A stretch of DNA of 64,000 nucleotides, from contig JAYZAL010000079.1 in NCBI GenBank assembly GCA_036339735.1, positions 1-64,000 of the forward strand, written 5' to 3'. The DNA is from Candidatus Poribacteria bacterium. Its GTDB lineage: Bacteria; Poribacteria; WGA-4E; UBA9662. The stretch's first letter is position 1; every line of letters starts with the position of its first letter. Both the position numbers and the translations under genes were made by a program. Positions 1-10,740 of the stretch are shown here, piece after piece. The notes under the pieces were generated by a model, which did not search any database, was not told where the DNA came from, and worked only from the letters and a program-made list of their open reading frames with translations.

Positions 1-429
1 AGCCTCACCAATTTTTACTTCATCTTCCGACAAGCCGATGAACTTTAGATCCGATGCCATGAAATCAATTGGGATGGGAAAATATTCACTCGCCATTTGC
101 CCGGCAAAAATTTGATGAAGATACTTATCATCGGTATGGGAACCGTGAACAAAAAAACGATTGTGCTTTATAAAAGCGGGAGTAAAGAAAGGGAATCCTT
201 GGATATGATCCCAGTGGGTATGTGTAATGAAAATATGACCTGTAATGGGTTGGTTCGTAGCTCTTGATAATAGATCTAACCCCAAGCGACGAATACCCGA
301 ACCTGCGTCTAATATGATGAGTGCTTCACCAGCCTGTATTTCAAGGCAGGTAGTGTCACCACCGTATCGAATGGTACTCTGTCCGGGAGTCGGAATCGAC
401 CCACGAACTCCCCAAAAGCGTAACTTCAT
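1..429 (-). CDS. MBL-fold metallo-hydrolase, 3' end runs off the window
   Basis: Manual translation from ATG at 429: MKLRFWGVRGSIPTPG..YGGDTTC..LDAGSG..THTHWDHIQGFPFF (HxHxDH). Not in the ORF track. Confidence 0.9.
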   Translation of the reverse strand, partial: MKLRFWGVRGSIPTPGQSTIRYGGDTTCLEIQAGEALIILDAGSGIRRLGLDLLSRATNQPITGHIFITHTHWDHIQGFPFFTPAFIKHNRFFVHGSHTDDKYLHQIFAGQMASEYFPIPIDFMASDLKFIGLSEDEVKIGEA

Positions 430-503
430 CTAAAATTCACCCCTTACATTCATAACGCACAACCATTTAATACGTTGTAACACCATATTAGGTTACCGCC
501 AGA

Positions 504-695
504 TTAATGAGCGGAAAAGAAACGAGTGTTACTGCCGGTTGGCGAAACTTTCACTCGGGCGGGTTTTGCACACTTTGGACACCAACCAACATAAGCTGTT
601 CTTTTTTTATTTAGGTGTATGCGGCTGTATACGCTACAGCATTTAAACATAATGCCAAGATAAGGTCTGGCTTGACGTTTGTTCGACTGTTTCAT
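504..695 (-). CDS. Small Cys-rich conserved hypothetical protein, putative Zn-binding
   Basis: YLGIMFKCC..YSRI..Y.G.CPKC..RFF; co-oriented between mqnD and the MBL gene. Confidence 0.75.
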   Translation of the reverse strand: MKQSNKRQARPYLGIMFKCCSVYSRIHLNKKRTAYVGWCPKCAKPARVKVSPTGSNTRFFSAH

Positions 696-739
696 AGGTC
701 CACATCCAGATATGTTTACTACTGGCCATAATATCTGGT

Positions 740-1582
740 CTAGATTTCTACAAATTCTATATCTACAGGCTGAGAGATAATACCAGATTCGTAACCGCGC
801 TTCAATAATTCGCGGACACCTTCTCGACCTGAATCACCATAATCGATAGTGTACTCATTCACATACATACCAACGAACTGGTCAGCGGTTTTGGTTTCCA
901 TATCTCGAGCATAAATCATGGCATAGTCAAGAGCCTCAGCTCGATTATCAAGTGAATGCTGGATACTTTGGCGGACAAGACGGGTTACTTTCCGCATTTT
1001 CTCGTTCCCAAGATCCCGTCGAATTACATTTCCACCCAATGGCAAGGGAAGTCCGGTTTCTTGATACCACCATTCACCAAGATCAACGATTTTGTGCATC
1101 CCACTTTCTCCGTAGGTCAACTGCCCCTCGTGAATAATCAACCCTGCGTCTGCTTGACCACTTTTGACAAAATCAATAATCTGATCAAAGGGAACTTCGA
1201 TCGCTTCAAAGTCAGATTCGAACAAGCTACAAGTTAGGTAAGCAGTTGTCATTTTTCCGGGAATGGCAATTTTTTTACCTTTGAGCTCAGAGGCCGGAAA
1301 AAGCTGATTAGCAACAAGGATTGGCCCATATCTGTCCCCCATACTCGATCCACAAGGCATCAAAGCGTACTTATCAGCGATATATGCATATGCGTGTATG
1401 GAAACTGCAGTCACTTCCAACTCACCCTTGAGTGCCCTTTGGTTCAGACTTTCAATATCCTCAATAACATGGACAACTTGTATACCATCGGTTGGAATAG
1501 TTTCTTTAGCCAGAGCATAAAACATAAATGCATCATCGGAATCAGGGCTATGGCCTATACGAATTGTTTCTGTTTGCGACAT
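740..1582 (-). CDS. mqnD: 1,4-dihydroxy-6-naphthoate synthase (MqnA/MqnD family, futalosine pathway)
   Basis: HSPDSDDAFMFYAL, IIHEGQLTY, DLGEWW..TGLPLPLG, MYVNEYT. Confidence 0.85.
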   Translation of the reverse strand: MSQTETIRIGHSPDSDDAFMFYALAKETIPTDGIQVVHVIEDIESLNQRALKGELEVTAVSIHAYAYIADKYALMPCGSSMGDRYGPILVANQLFPASELKGKKIAIPGKMTTAYLTCSLFESDFEAIEVPFDQIIDFVKSGQADAGLIIHEGQLTYGESGMHKIVDLGEWWYQETGLPLPLGGNVIRRDLGNEKMRKVTRLVRQSIQHSLDNRAEALDYAMIYARDMETKTADQFVGMYVNEYTIDYGDSGREGVRELLKRGYESGIISQPVDIEFVEI

Positions 1583-1621
1583 TCAGTTACCTTCTATAAT
1601 TAACAAAACAACAACGCTCCG

Positions 1622-1650
1622 ATTATATCAAAACAGTCATTTTGTGTCAA
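1622..1650 (-). promoter_or_regulatory. Consensus sigma-70 promoter for the mqnD operon
   Basis: Minus strand TTGACA-17bp-TATAAT with extended TG. Confidence 0.85.
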
Positions 1651-1683
1651 GAATTGCGGGCATAACAAGTTCTTAATGAGTCT

Positions 1684-1712
1684 TTGACAAATTGAATGCC
1701 CTTTGTTACACT
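1684..1712 (+). promoter_or_regulatory. Sigma-70 promoter for the ABC transporter operon
   Basis: TTGACA-17bp-TACACT with extended TG; supports a start at GTG 1761 rather than 1692. Confidence 0.7.
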
Positions 1713-1760
1713 GGCCAAGTTTTAAGCAATTCTGCATTGATATTGGATGGATTTAAGATT

Positions 1761-2747
1761 GTGCCGCCGCTTCTTGAAATTAACGAATTACGCACTGTGT
1801 TTAATACTGATGATGGTGTAGTTTCAGCTGTTGATGGTGTTAGCTTCAGTGTCGAGCCTGGGCAGACTCTGGGAGTTGTTGGTGAGAGCGGTTGTGGTAA
1901 GAGTGTAACGGGATTATCCATTTTACAATTGGTTCCATCTCCCGGCCGGATCGAATCAGGAAAAATCTTTTATTATAAGAGCGGTGAGGCAGTGGAAATT
2001 ACCGGACTTGAACCAAGGAGTGACCAGATGAGGTCAATTCGTGGTAATGACATTGCAATGATATTTCAAGAGCCAATGACGTCCCTCAATCCTGTTTATA
2101 CTGTCGGCAATCAAATAGGCGAAGCTATCCGTTTACATCAGCAGGTTGGTCATCAGGAAGCACGAAGGCGTGCTATCGAAATGCTGATCAAGGTTGGAAT
2201 TCCTGCACCAGAACAACGGATAGACGAATACCCACATCAGTTGTCTGGTGGTATGAGACAGCGAGTAATGATTGCCATGGCTTTGTCTTGTAACCCATCT
2301 TTACTAATTGCTGATGAACCAACCACTGCTTTGGATGTAACGATTCAAGCCCAAGTTCTGGATCTAATGAAGTCCTTACAGGAAGAATTGGGTATGGCAA
2401 TCGTCATGATAACACATGATTTAGGTGTTATGGCAGAAGTAGCGGACGAAGTCGTGGTAATGTATGCTGGAAAAGTTGTGGAAAAAGCAGGGGTTGATGA
2501 AATTTTCGATAATCCATTACACCCCTATACTCAAGGCCTACTAGAATCTGTTCCACAGTTAGGTCAAAGGGTAAAAGGTCAGCTGTTTTCGATTCCTGGC
2601 ACTGTTCCTCGACCTTTGGCTATGCCATCGGGCTGTGCATTCGCACCCCGTTGTGCTCAAACGTTTGACAAATGTTCGGAAATGCCGTCATTGGAATCGA
2701 TTGAACCTAATCACTCTGCTCGGTGCTGGTTAAATCAATCGAGTTAA
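1761..2747 (+). CDS. Oligopeptide/dipeptide-type ABC transporter ATPase (OppD/DppD-like)
   Basis: [29 protein letters not shown]-terminal domain. Confidence 0.93.
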   Translation: MPPLLEINELRTVFNTDDGVVSAVDGVSFSVEPGQTLGVVGESGCGKSVTGLSILQLVPSPGRIESGKIFYYKSGEAVEITGLEPRSDQMRSIRGNDIAMIFQEPMTSLNPVYTVGNQIGEAIRLHQQVGHQEARRRAIEMLIKVGIPAPEQRIDEYPHQLSGGMRQRVMIAMALSCNPSLLIADEPTTALDVTIQAQVLDLMKSLQEELGMAIVMITHDLGVMAEVADEVVVMYAGKVVEKAGVDEIFDNPLHPYTQGLLESVPQLGQRVKGQLFSIPGTVPRPLAMPSGCAFAPRCAQTFDKCSEMPSLESIEPNHSARCWLNQSS

Positions 2748-2774
2748 ACCCAATACCCATCACTCAACTCAAGA

Positions 2775-3797
2775 ATGGAAAAACTACTCCAAGTTAAAAA
2801 GTTAAAAAAGTATTTTCCAATTAAAAAAGGTCTTTTTCAAAAAACTGTTGGCCACGTCAAGGCTGTAGATGGTGTTAGTTTTGATGTCTATAAAGGGGAA
2901 ACCGTAGGTCTAGTTGGTGAAAGTGGTTGTGGAAAAACAACGACTGGTCGTTGTATCATGCGTCTGTTGGAACCAACCTCTGGTAGCGTGCTATTTGGTT
3001 CGGAATCTGTTGATCTTTGTCGATTGAGTCATTCAGCTCTAAGACCTTTCCGAAAAAGAATTCAGATGATCTTTCAAGACCCATTTTCTTCCCTCAACCC
3101 GAGAATGACGGTGGGTGACATTGTAGCCGAACCCTTGAAGGTTCAAGCCAAACAAGGCCGATGGTTCACTGAAACGGAACACAATTCAGTTGAAGATTAC
3201 GTAGTCGATTTATTAGAGTCCGTTGGCTTAAAAAGTGATGACATGCGCCGGTATCCGCACGCTTTCAGCGGTGGGCAACGGCAAAGAGTAGGTATTGCAC
3301 GCGCGTTAGCCCTAAAACCAGAGTTGATTATTGCTGACGAACCTGTATCTGCTTTGGATGTATCGATTCAATCCCAGATACTAAACCTCTTACAGGAGTT
3401 GAAAGAAAAATTTCAGTTGTCCTATCTCTTTATCGCTCACGATTTGAGCGTAGTCGAACACATTAGTGATCGGGTCGCCGTAATGTATTTGGGGCAAATT
3501 GCTGAATTAAGCTCGGCACAAAATCTGTACTCAACCCCTCAGCATCCTTACACTGAGGCCCTGATTTCAGCAGTACCTTTACCTAATCCGAAACTACAAA
3601 GAAAGAGAGAACGAATCCGCCTGAGTGGCGATGTCCCTGATCCTTCTAATCCACCGCTAGGTTGTCGCTTTCACCCTCGTTGCCAATACGCAACTGATAT
3701 TTGCCGTACCGAGGAACCTATGACAGAACAAACCTTTGACGCTGAATCGATAACGGCTTGTCACCGGAGAAACGAACTTGAGCTGAAAGCTAATTAA
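2775..3797 (+). CDS. ABC transporter ATPase (OppF/DppF-like)
   Basis: [31 protein letters not shown]. Confidence 0.93.
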   Translation: MEKLLQVKKLKKYFPIKKGLFQKTVGHVKAVDGVSFDVYKGETVGLVGESGCGKTTTGRCIMRLLEPTSGSVLFGSESVDLCRLSHSALRPFRKRIQMIFQDPFSSLNPRMTVGDIVAEPLKVQAKQGRWFTETEHNSVEDYVVDLLESVGLKSDDMRRYPHAFSGGQRQRVGIARALALKPELIIADEPVSALDVSIQSQILNLLQELKEKFQLSYLFIAHDLSVVEHISDRVAVMYLGQIAELSSAQNLYSTPQHPYTEALISAVPLPNPKLQRKRERIRLSGDVPDPSNPPLGCRFHPRCQYATDICRTEEPMTEQTFDAESITACHRRNELELKAN

Positions 3798-3843
3798 TCA
3801 AAATTCAGTTGTATGCGATTTTGAAATAAGGTTTTAAAGTACA

Positions 3844-5778
3844 TTGTATCGTGCTAGTTATTTACTATTAATTACTATTTTGATTTGGCTAAGTTGCTCT
3901 GCGCCACCTCCTTATGATCAACTAGAAAGGAGAGATACTGACCCTTTTACGGCTAAAGAAGCTCCAATGCTATCAGAAAAAGTCTCCAAAGGTGAACTTC
4001 CTCCTTTAAATGAGCGCCTTCCAGAAATACCATTAATAGCAAAAACGAACTATGATGGATATGATAGGCCTGGCAAATATGGTGGGCAGTGGCATCGGTT
4101 TCATGATCATCCTGAGTTAGGTACATGGAAAATGACGGCGGGTTATGCCCCGTTTATCCGTTGGAAATTTGATTGTTCGGGTTTAGAACCGGGAACGGCA
4201 GAGTCCTGGGAATTTAATGAAGACGGGACTATTTTTACCATCCATCTTAGGAAAGGTATTCGTTGGTCCGATGGACACCCGTTTACTTCGGAGTCTTTCG
4301 ATTTTTATTATAAATTGTGCTTGGATAAACGGCACATTTATACTCCACCTGTCTGGTGTTTAGTGGATGGTCAACCAATGACAGTAGAAACACCCGACCC
4401 CTATACTATTGTGATGAGCTTTGCTGGTCCAAATTGGTTAGTACCTTTATGGGTTGCTACTGGATTCTGGCATTCAGAGAAATATAACATCCCCAAACAC
4501 TATATGATCCAGTTTCATCCAGATTATTCAGGGCATACTAATTTTAGCCAGTTTGAGAAAAAAAATGCTAATCATACTAATGTGGATCGCCCAACTCTTT
4601 GGCCCTGGAAGCTAGTTAAGTACGAAAAGGGAGGATTCCAAGTTGAGTTGGAGCGAAATCCTTACTATTATATAGTTGATCAACTAGGGCGCCAACTACC
4701 TTATATTGATCGGATCAAGAGTCGCCTAGTACCGGATCCACAAGTACGGGTTCTGAAAATTTTGGCAGGTGAAATTGACTGTCAGTTTCGGGGTATGCAG
4801 TTACAGGATTTTGCTCTTTACAAAAAAGGCGAAGAAAGAGGTGATTACCAAGTACGCGAATGGAAAAGTACTGCCGGTGCTCAACCAGCTATTCTACTGA
4901 ATTGGACGGATCCAGATCCTGTATTACGACAAATGATGCGCCAGCAAAAATTCCGTCAAGCTTTGGCCTTAGGCATTGACCGCGAAAAGTGTAATCAGAT
5001 CGCATGGAGAGGCTTATTAAAGCCACAAGCAGCGACTGTCAGTCAAGAGGGCTGGCACTTTGCCGATGAAGCAGGTCAAGCATTATTTGAAGAGTGGAAG
5101 AACGCTGATGCCGATTTTGATATCCAACGAGGCAACAAGCTTCTAGACCAACTAGGCTTAGAACAGCGTAATAAACAGGGGTATAGACTGCGTACGGACG
5201 GGCAAACACTACAACTTGTAATGGATATGCCAAGCTCTAACCTAAATCGACAGGAAAACGATATTGGATTGATTATTGCAGATGGCTGGAGGGCCATGGG
5301 TATTGAAGTCATCCTCAATACACCGCCTGGCGCCGAATTAAGTTTACGAAGAAATTTAGGCAAGTTTTCAATCAGTATGCACGGTGAAGCGGAAATGGAC
5401 TTATTCACCTATCCTGACTGGGTTTTCCCCACGCTACCTAAGTACTGGCACCCTCGAGTTGGTAAATGGTACGAGACAGGGGGAGAAGAAGGAGAACCTC
5501 CAACTGGTCCTTTGAAAAAGCTAATTGAAATTTATGATGCAATTAAAAAAGAAAAGAATTTGCAAAAACGACATCAGTACGTCCGTGATGCGGTAAGAAT
5601 ACATATTGAAGAAGGTCCTTTTCATCTGGGAACAGCAGGTCGTTCACCCTCTCTGGTAGTAGTTAAAAATCGATTCCGTAATGTTCCAACCAGTGGCATT
5701 CTTGGTCCTTGGGCCATTGTAACGCCTGCTACCAGTTATCCAGAACAATATTTCATTTCAGACTCAAACGAAAAATGA
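3844..5778 (+). CDS. ABC substrate-binding lipoprotein, family 5
   Basis: Lipobox-like WLSC, LPPLNERLP, LRKGIRWSDGHPFT, ERNPYYY..D..G.QLPYID. Confidence 0.9.
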   Translation: MYRASYLLLITILIWLSCSAPPPYDQLERRDTDPFTAKEAPMLSEKVSKGELPPLNERLPEIPLIAKTNYDGYDRPGKYGGQWHRFHDHPELGTWKMTAGYAPFIRWKFDCSGLEPGTAESWEFNEDGTIFTIHLRKGIRWSDGHPFTSESFDFYYKLCLDKRHIYTPPVWCLVDGQPMTVETPDPYTIVMSFAGPNWLVPLWVATGFWHSEKYNIPKHYMIQFHPDYSGHTNFSQFEKKNANHTNVDRPTLWPWKLVKYEKGGFQVELERNPYYYIVDQLGRQLPYIDRIKSRLVPDPQVRVLKILAGEIDCQFRGMQLQDFALYKKGEERGDYQVREWKSTAGAQPAILLNWTDPDPVLRQMMRQQKFRQALALGIDREKCNQIAWRGLLKPQAATVSQEGWHFADEAGQALFEEWKNADADFDIQRGNKLLDQLGLEQRNKQGYRLRTDGQTLQLVMDMPSSNLNRQENDIGLIIADGWRAMGIEVILNTPPGAELSLRRNLGKFSISMHGEAEMDLFTYPDWVFPTLPKYWHPRVGKWYETGGEEGEPPTGPLKKLIEIYDAIKKEKNLQKRHQYVRDAVRIHIEEGPFHLGTAGRSPSLVVVKNRFRNVPTSGILGPWAIVTPATSYPEQYFISDSNEK

Positions 5779-6761
5779 CAACTTATATTCTTAGACGTGT
5801 GATAATAGCTTTACCAACTTTAATAGCAATATCTGTCGTCAGTTTTATTATAATTCAGCTACCCAGAGGGGACTATCTAGATCGACGAATACAGGAATTA
5901 GAAGAACAGTACGGCGACAGTAGTTCTCTGGAAATGGCTGAAGAACTAAGGCAACGGTATGGTTTGGATAAATCAATGCCTGAACGATATATTTCTTGGA
6001 TCGTCAATTTCGTAAAGGGCGATTTCGGTCAATCGTTTCGTTATGAAGTTGATGTAAATGAATTGATTTGGGATCGAATTGGTTTTACCTTATTAATATC
6101 CGTTGGGTCTCTACTTTTTACTTATATTATTGCTATTCCGGTTGGTATTTATTCAGCTACTCACCAGTATAAATTTTCCGATCACTTCTTAACTCTACTG
6201 AGTTTCGTAGGAATGTCTATTCCCGCATTCCTACTGGCTTTAACTTTGATGGTGTTTACTTTTGAGTTATTCGGGCTTCCACTATTTGGCCTTTTCTCTT
6301 CCTACTATGAAGGTGCGCCTTGGACTATGGGAAAAGTTGGGGATCTGATTCAGCATCTCTGGATACCCATTATTGTTCTTGGTCTCAATGGAACCGCAGG
6401 GCTAATGAGAATTATGAGAGGTAATTTATTAGATGTTTTAGGGCAACCGTTTATCCAGACAGCACGGGCCAAAGGTTTAAAAGAATGGATTGTAGTAGTC
6501 AAGCATGCTGTTCGTCTTGCTATAAATCCTTTAGTTAGTATATTGGGCATGAGTTTACCAACTATTTTGTCTGGTTCAGCTATCGTATCAGTGGTGTTGG
6601 GACTACCCACTGTAGGCCCATTACTCTTACGTAGTTTGTTAGACGAAGACATATATTTGGCGGGAACACTGATTATGTTACTCAGTATTTTACTAGTAGT
6701 AGGTAATTTGATTGCTGATGTTGCTTTAGCTTGGGTTGATCCAAGAATCCGTTATGAATGA
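5775..6761 (+). CDS. ABC permease (OppB-like)
   Basis: ATGA overlap with the upstream stop; TM helices; TARAKGL EAA-loop. Confidence 0.92.
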   Translation: MTTYILRRVIIALPTLIAISVVSFIIIQLPRGDYLDRRIQELEEQYGDSSSLEMAEELRQRYGLDKSMPERYISWIVNFVKGDFGQSFRYEVDVNELIWDRIGFTLLISVGSLLFTYIIAIPVGIYSATHQYKFSDHFLTLLSFVGMSIPAFLLALTLMVFTFELFGLPLFGLFSSYYEGAPWTMGKVGDLIQHLWIPIIVLGLNGTAGLMRIMRGNLLDVLGQPFIQTARAKGLKEWIVVVKHAVRLAINPLVSILGMSLPTILSGSAIVSVVLGLPTVGPLLLRSLLDEDIYLAGTLIMLLSILLVVGNLIADVALAWVDPRIRYE

Positions 6762-7851
6762 CGAAAAGAGTATAAATGTAGAAAACCAATCGAGCGAGCT
6801 AGCCAACGCTGAAGAACTTGGTTATCTCAGCTACCGTCAGCTGATTTGGCGACGCTTACGTAGTAACAGAATGGGTTTGGCTGCAGCCGTAGTTCTGTTG
6901 CTCAGTTATATTATTGCACTAGGGGCTGATTTTTTTGCGCCCTATCACTTTAGTCAAATACAGATGCAGTATCGACATGTTCCACCACAAAAGTTGAAAT
7001 TATCTTTGGAAAATGGGCTGCACGTTTACGGCCTCAAATCCGGTCAAGCACCTAAAACTCGAGAGTTAGTCTTTACTCCTAACCCCAGCCAAATTTTCCC
7101 GGTTCGATTTTTTTATGAAGACGAACGAAAACAACTTCATCTTTTCGGCTCAGATGGTCCCATGTTTATACTTGGTACAGACCGAATGGGACGAGATTTG
7201 CTGTCTCGAATTATCTATGGAGCCAGAGTCTCATTAACAGTTGGTTTGGTGGGAGTATTGATCAGCCTAGTTTTCGGCTCAATTTTGGGGACTATCTCTG
7301 GCTATTTCGGAGGTTGGGTAGACACACTAATTCAACGGTCAATCGAGATTTTGCTGGCCTTTCCCTCAATACCGCTCTGGATGGCATTAGGAGCCGCGTT
7401 ACCCACTGAATGGTCAAGTATTACTGTTTATTTTGGTATTACAGTTATTTTAGCTTTAGTTAGTTGGGGTGGATTAGCTCGTCAGGTTCGCGGTAAAGTC
7501 ATGGCCTACAGAGAACTAGATTTTGTTAAGGCTGCTCAAGCAGCTGGTGCTAGTCATTGGCATATTGTTGTTCGGCATTTGTTACCTGGGTCATACAGTC
7601 ACATCATTGTCATTGCTACTTTAGCTATACCAGGTATGATATTAGGTGAAACATCTCTTAGTTTCCTTGGACTGGGCATTCGTCCACCAATGACTAGTTG
7701 GGGGGTCTTACTAGAAGAAGCTCAACGCGTCACTGTCCTACTGCACTACCCATGGCTGATTTTGCCTGCTATCCCGGTTCTCATCGTGGTAATAGCTTTC
7801 AACTTTTTGGGTGATGCCTTGCGAGACGCCACTGACCCCTATGCTGACTAG
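6754..7851 (+). CDS. ABC permease (OppC-like)
   Basis: LGTDRMGRD, ETSLSFLGLG, NFLGDALRDATDP. Confidence 0.92.
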   Translation: MNDEKSINVENQSSELANAEELGYLSYRQLIWRRLRSNRMGLAAAVVLLLSYIIALGADFFAPYHFSQIQMQYRHVPPQKLKLSLENGLHVYGLKSGQAPKTRELVFTPNPSQIFPVRFFYEDERKQLHLFGSDGPMFILGTDRMGRDLLSRIIYGARVSLTVGLVGVLISLVFGSILGTISGYFGGWVDTLIQRSIEILLAFPSIPLWMALGAALPTEWSSITVYFGITVILALVSWGGLARQVRGKVMAYRELDFVKAAQAAGASHWHIVVRHLLPGSYSHIIVIATLAIPGMILGETSLSFLGLGIRPPMTSWGVLLEEAQRVTVLLHYPWLILPAIPVLIVVIAFNFLGDALRDATDPYAD

Positions 7852-8705
7852 CCTAAGTGTCGCGGACACATTCAACTAAAATCACTGAAAAAGTTTGTGA
7901 TCTTTTTTGCTTATTAACATCCCATCAAAACTGCTGTTTTTTACGCATTATGCATTTTGGTTTAGGTAAAGTTAGGTCTAAGATCCAATTGTGTGTGGTT
8001 GAAATTTATTCTTCTGTTTTCTAATCTCCAATGTAAACTTGGTTTAGTCTCAATCAAATTAACCAGCCAACTTCTGCTAATCGAGACTGCTGCAAGCAGA
8101 GCTTTTATTGTTCAAGTTAACAAAATTTCGGTAGCCTTTTAATAGACCAAAGTTAAAAACTGTTACGGTCAATGGTCTGTAAAGAAGAAATGAATCAATC
8201 GCTGTATGAGTATGATGTAGTAACGCGTTTTGAATATTTAGCTTGATCAAAAACCTACTAAACTATGGTTAGTGTGTCATTAAATTACGCCATTTCACAT
8301 TCCATGAGCTAAAAGTACATTCAATTTCGCTCCTATTCATATTATTCCTATTCCGCTTAAATGTTACTACCTAATATAGTATAATTTAGTATATTAACTA
8401 TTTAGTATTACAATTTGCTGTTAAAACAGAGAAAAGTCGCAATTCACATTGATTTTTTGAGAATGATGGCATTCATAAGTTTCAGTTCTCAGGAAATTCA
8501 TTTAGAATAAAAAGTTCGGTTTTCTGTATTCAAAAGTAGAAGACAATTCTTCATGTAGTATTGCTTCTAACAAAGCAGCCTAGAAATTTATAGCTGGTAC
8601 TAACAACTTGTTTCCCATATTTCCCTAACAATATGCATAATCGATGAGTTGGCGTGCTGAAACTAAAAAGCCTGATTTGTTTTAGGTTGAAGAATATACG
8701 ATATA

Positions 8706-10724
8706 ATGAGAAAGTTCGAATTGGTATCTGACTTCATACCCAAAGGTGATCAACCAGGGGCGATTTCTAAGTTAACAGATGGTCTACAAGAAGATTATCC
8801 ACTTCAAACACTGTTAGGTGTAACTGGGTCAGGTAAGACCTTCACTATGGCTCATGTGATCCAAAACTTACAAAGACCTGCTTTGGTCATTTCTCCTAAT
8901 AAAACCCTCGCAGCTCAATTATTTAGCGAATTTCGTCATTTCTTTCCAAACAATGCAATTCACTATTTCGTTAGTTATTATGACCATTATCGGCCTGAAG
9001 CGTACATGCCTGCCAGTGATACTTTCCTAGAAAAAGAAGCTCAAGTCAATGAGGAAATCAACAGGTTCCGCTTGGCCTCTACTACATCCTTACTAACGCG
9101 ACGGGATGTAATTGTAGTTGCAAGTGTCTCTTGTATTTATGGTTTGGGAGATCCTGAAAATTACAGTGAACAATGTATAACAGTCAAGATAGGTGACAAC
9201 ATTAAGCGAAGAGATCTTCTGTCAGCTTTATTGGATCTACAATATTCTCGTAATGAGGTCGGTTTTTGGCGTGGTAATTTTAGGTCTAAAGGCGATGTTG
9301 TTGAAGTATTTCCTGCTTATGCCGAAATTGCTTATCGAATTGAACTCTTCGGGGATGAGGTTGACCGAATCACTGAAATTGACACCTTGACTGGTGAGAT
9401 ATTAGGAAACCACGAGGAGGTTTCTGTTTTTCCAGCTAAGCATTTTATGACGGATGAAGAACGGTTCGAGCAAGCTCTTCTAGATATTGAAACCGAAATG
9501 CAAACACAAATAGAGTATTTTCGATCTAATCAGAAATACCTCGAAGCCCAACGAATTGAGAGTCGTACTCGATACGATCTTGAAATGCTACGTGAGGCGG
9601 GTTATTGTAATGGAATCGAAAATTATTCGAGACATTTTACTGATCAACAACCTGGGCAGCCACCTTATTGCCTAATTGACTATTTCCCTGATGATGCGCT
9701 TATTATTATTGACGAATCACATGTAACAATTCCACAACTGGGTGGTATGTATCGAGGGGATCGTTCGCGAAAAGAAACCTTGGTCGAATATGGATTTAGA
9801 TTGCCATGTGCATTGGATAACCGTCCTCTCCGATTCGAAGAATTTCAAGAAAAAGTGATGCCGAGTAGGGAACAGGATAATTCATCTACGGTACGCCAAT
9901 TGGTTTGTGTATCAGCTACACCTGGTTCATACGAAATGGATAATAGCAACCAAGTTGTGGAACAAATCATTCGGCCAACAGGTTTGATTGATCCAGAAAT
10001 CACACTTCATCCAGTTGAAGGGCAGATTGACCACCTGATTGGATCTATAAACGAGCGAACTGAAAAACAGCAACGGGTAATAGTTACAACTCTAACCAAG
10101 AGAATGGCTGAAGACCTTAGTGAGTATCTGACTGAAGCCGGCATTCGTTCGAAATATCTTCATTCTGACATTGATACTTTGGAGCGTGCATCAATTTTGA
10201 AGGATCTACGATCCGGTATCTTTGATGTCATAATTGGTATCAACTTACTTAGAGAAGGACTTGACTTGCCAGAGGTTTCTCTTGTGGCGATCTTGGATGC
10301 TGATCGTGCTGGTTTTCTACGTTCAGAACGTTCATTGATCCAGACCGCTGGACGTGCGGCTCGAAATATTGACGGCGAAGTTATATTTTATGCTGATACT
10401 ATTACACCTGCGATTCAATACACAATCGAAGAAACAAAGCGCCGACGAAAAGTTCAATTGGCTTATAATAAAGCTAACAATATTACCCCCTCTACTATCG
10501 AAAAAGTCATTCAAGATCTTATAGCAGCAGAATCCACTGAATTGGCACAAGACCAAATAATACAAGAAAAAACCACGAAGCCAAATGATTTAGTGAGCTT
10601 ATCTGAACAGATTCAAATTTTGGAGGATGAAATGAATCGAGCTGCGAAGCAAATGGACTTTGAGAGAGCTGCGGTGCTTAGAGACCAAGTATCAGAGCTC
10701 AAACTTCAGAAACTGTCACACTAA
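8706..10724 (+). CDS. uvrB: Excinuclease ABC subunit B
   Basis: GVTGSGKT, DESHVT, GINLLREGLDLPEV, C-terminal UVR domain DFERAAVLRD. Confidence 0.98.
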   Translation: MRKFELVSDFIPKGDQPGAISKLTDGLQEDYPLQTLLGVTGSGKTFTMAHVIQNLQRPALVISPNKTLAAQLFSEFRHFFPNNAIHYFVSYYDHYRPEAYMPASDTFLEKEAQVNEEINRFRLASTTSLLTRRDVIVVASVSCIYGLGDPENYSEQCITVKIGDNIKRRDLLSALLDLQYSRNEVGFWRGNFRSKGDVVEVFPAYAEIAYRIELFGDEVDRITEIDTLTGEILGNHEEVSVFPAKHFMTDEERFEQALLDIETEMQTQIEYFRSNQKYLEAQRIESRTRYDLEMLREAGYCNGIENYSRHFTDQQPGQPPYCLIDYFPDDALIIIDESHVTIPQLGGMYRGDRSRKETLVEYGFRLPCALDNRPLRFEEFQEKVMPSREQDNSSTVRQLVCVSATPGSYEMDNSNQVVEQIIRPTGLIDPEITLHPVEGQIDHLIGSINERTEKQQRVIVTTLTKRMAEDLSEYLTEAGIRSKYLHSDIDTLERASILKDLRSGIFDVIIGINLLREGLDLPEVSLVAILDADRAGFLRSERSLIQTAGRAARNIDGEVIFYADTITPAIQYTIEETKRRRKVQLAYNKANNITPSTIEKVIQDLIAAESTELAQDQIIQEKTTKPNDLVSLSEQIQILEDEMNRAAKQMDFERAAVLRDQVSELKLQKLSH

Positions 10725-10740
10725 AGTCTAGTTTTCAAGT

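Noticed and set aside
245-433. 62-aa plus-strand ORF
   Set aside because: Antisense shadow of the MBL hydrolase gene
1712-1728. Sigma-54 promoter TGGCCAAGTTTTAAGC
   Set aside because: GG-GC spacing is 11, not 10, and a good sigma-70 promoter overlaps it
8400-8705. LexA/SOS box upstream of uvrB
   Set aside because: No recognisable dyad shared with the SRAP or recO upstream regions
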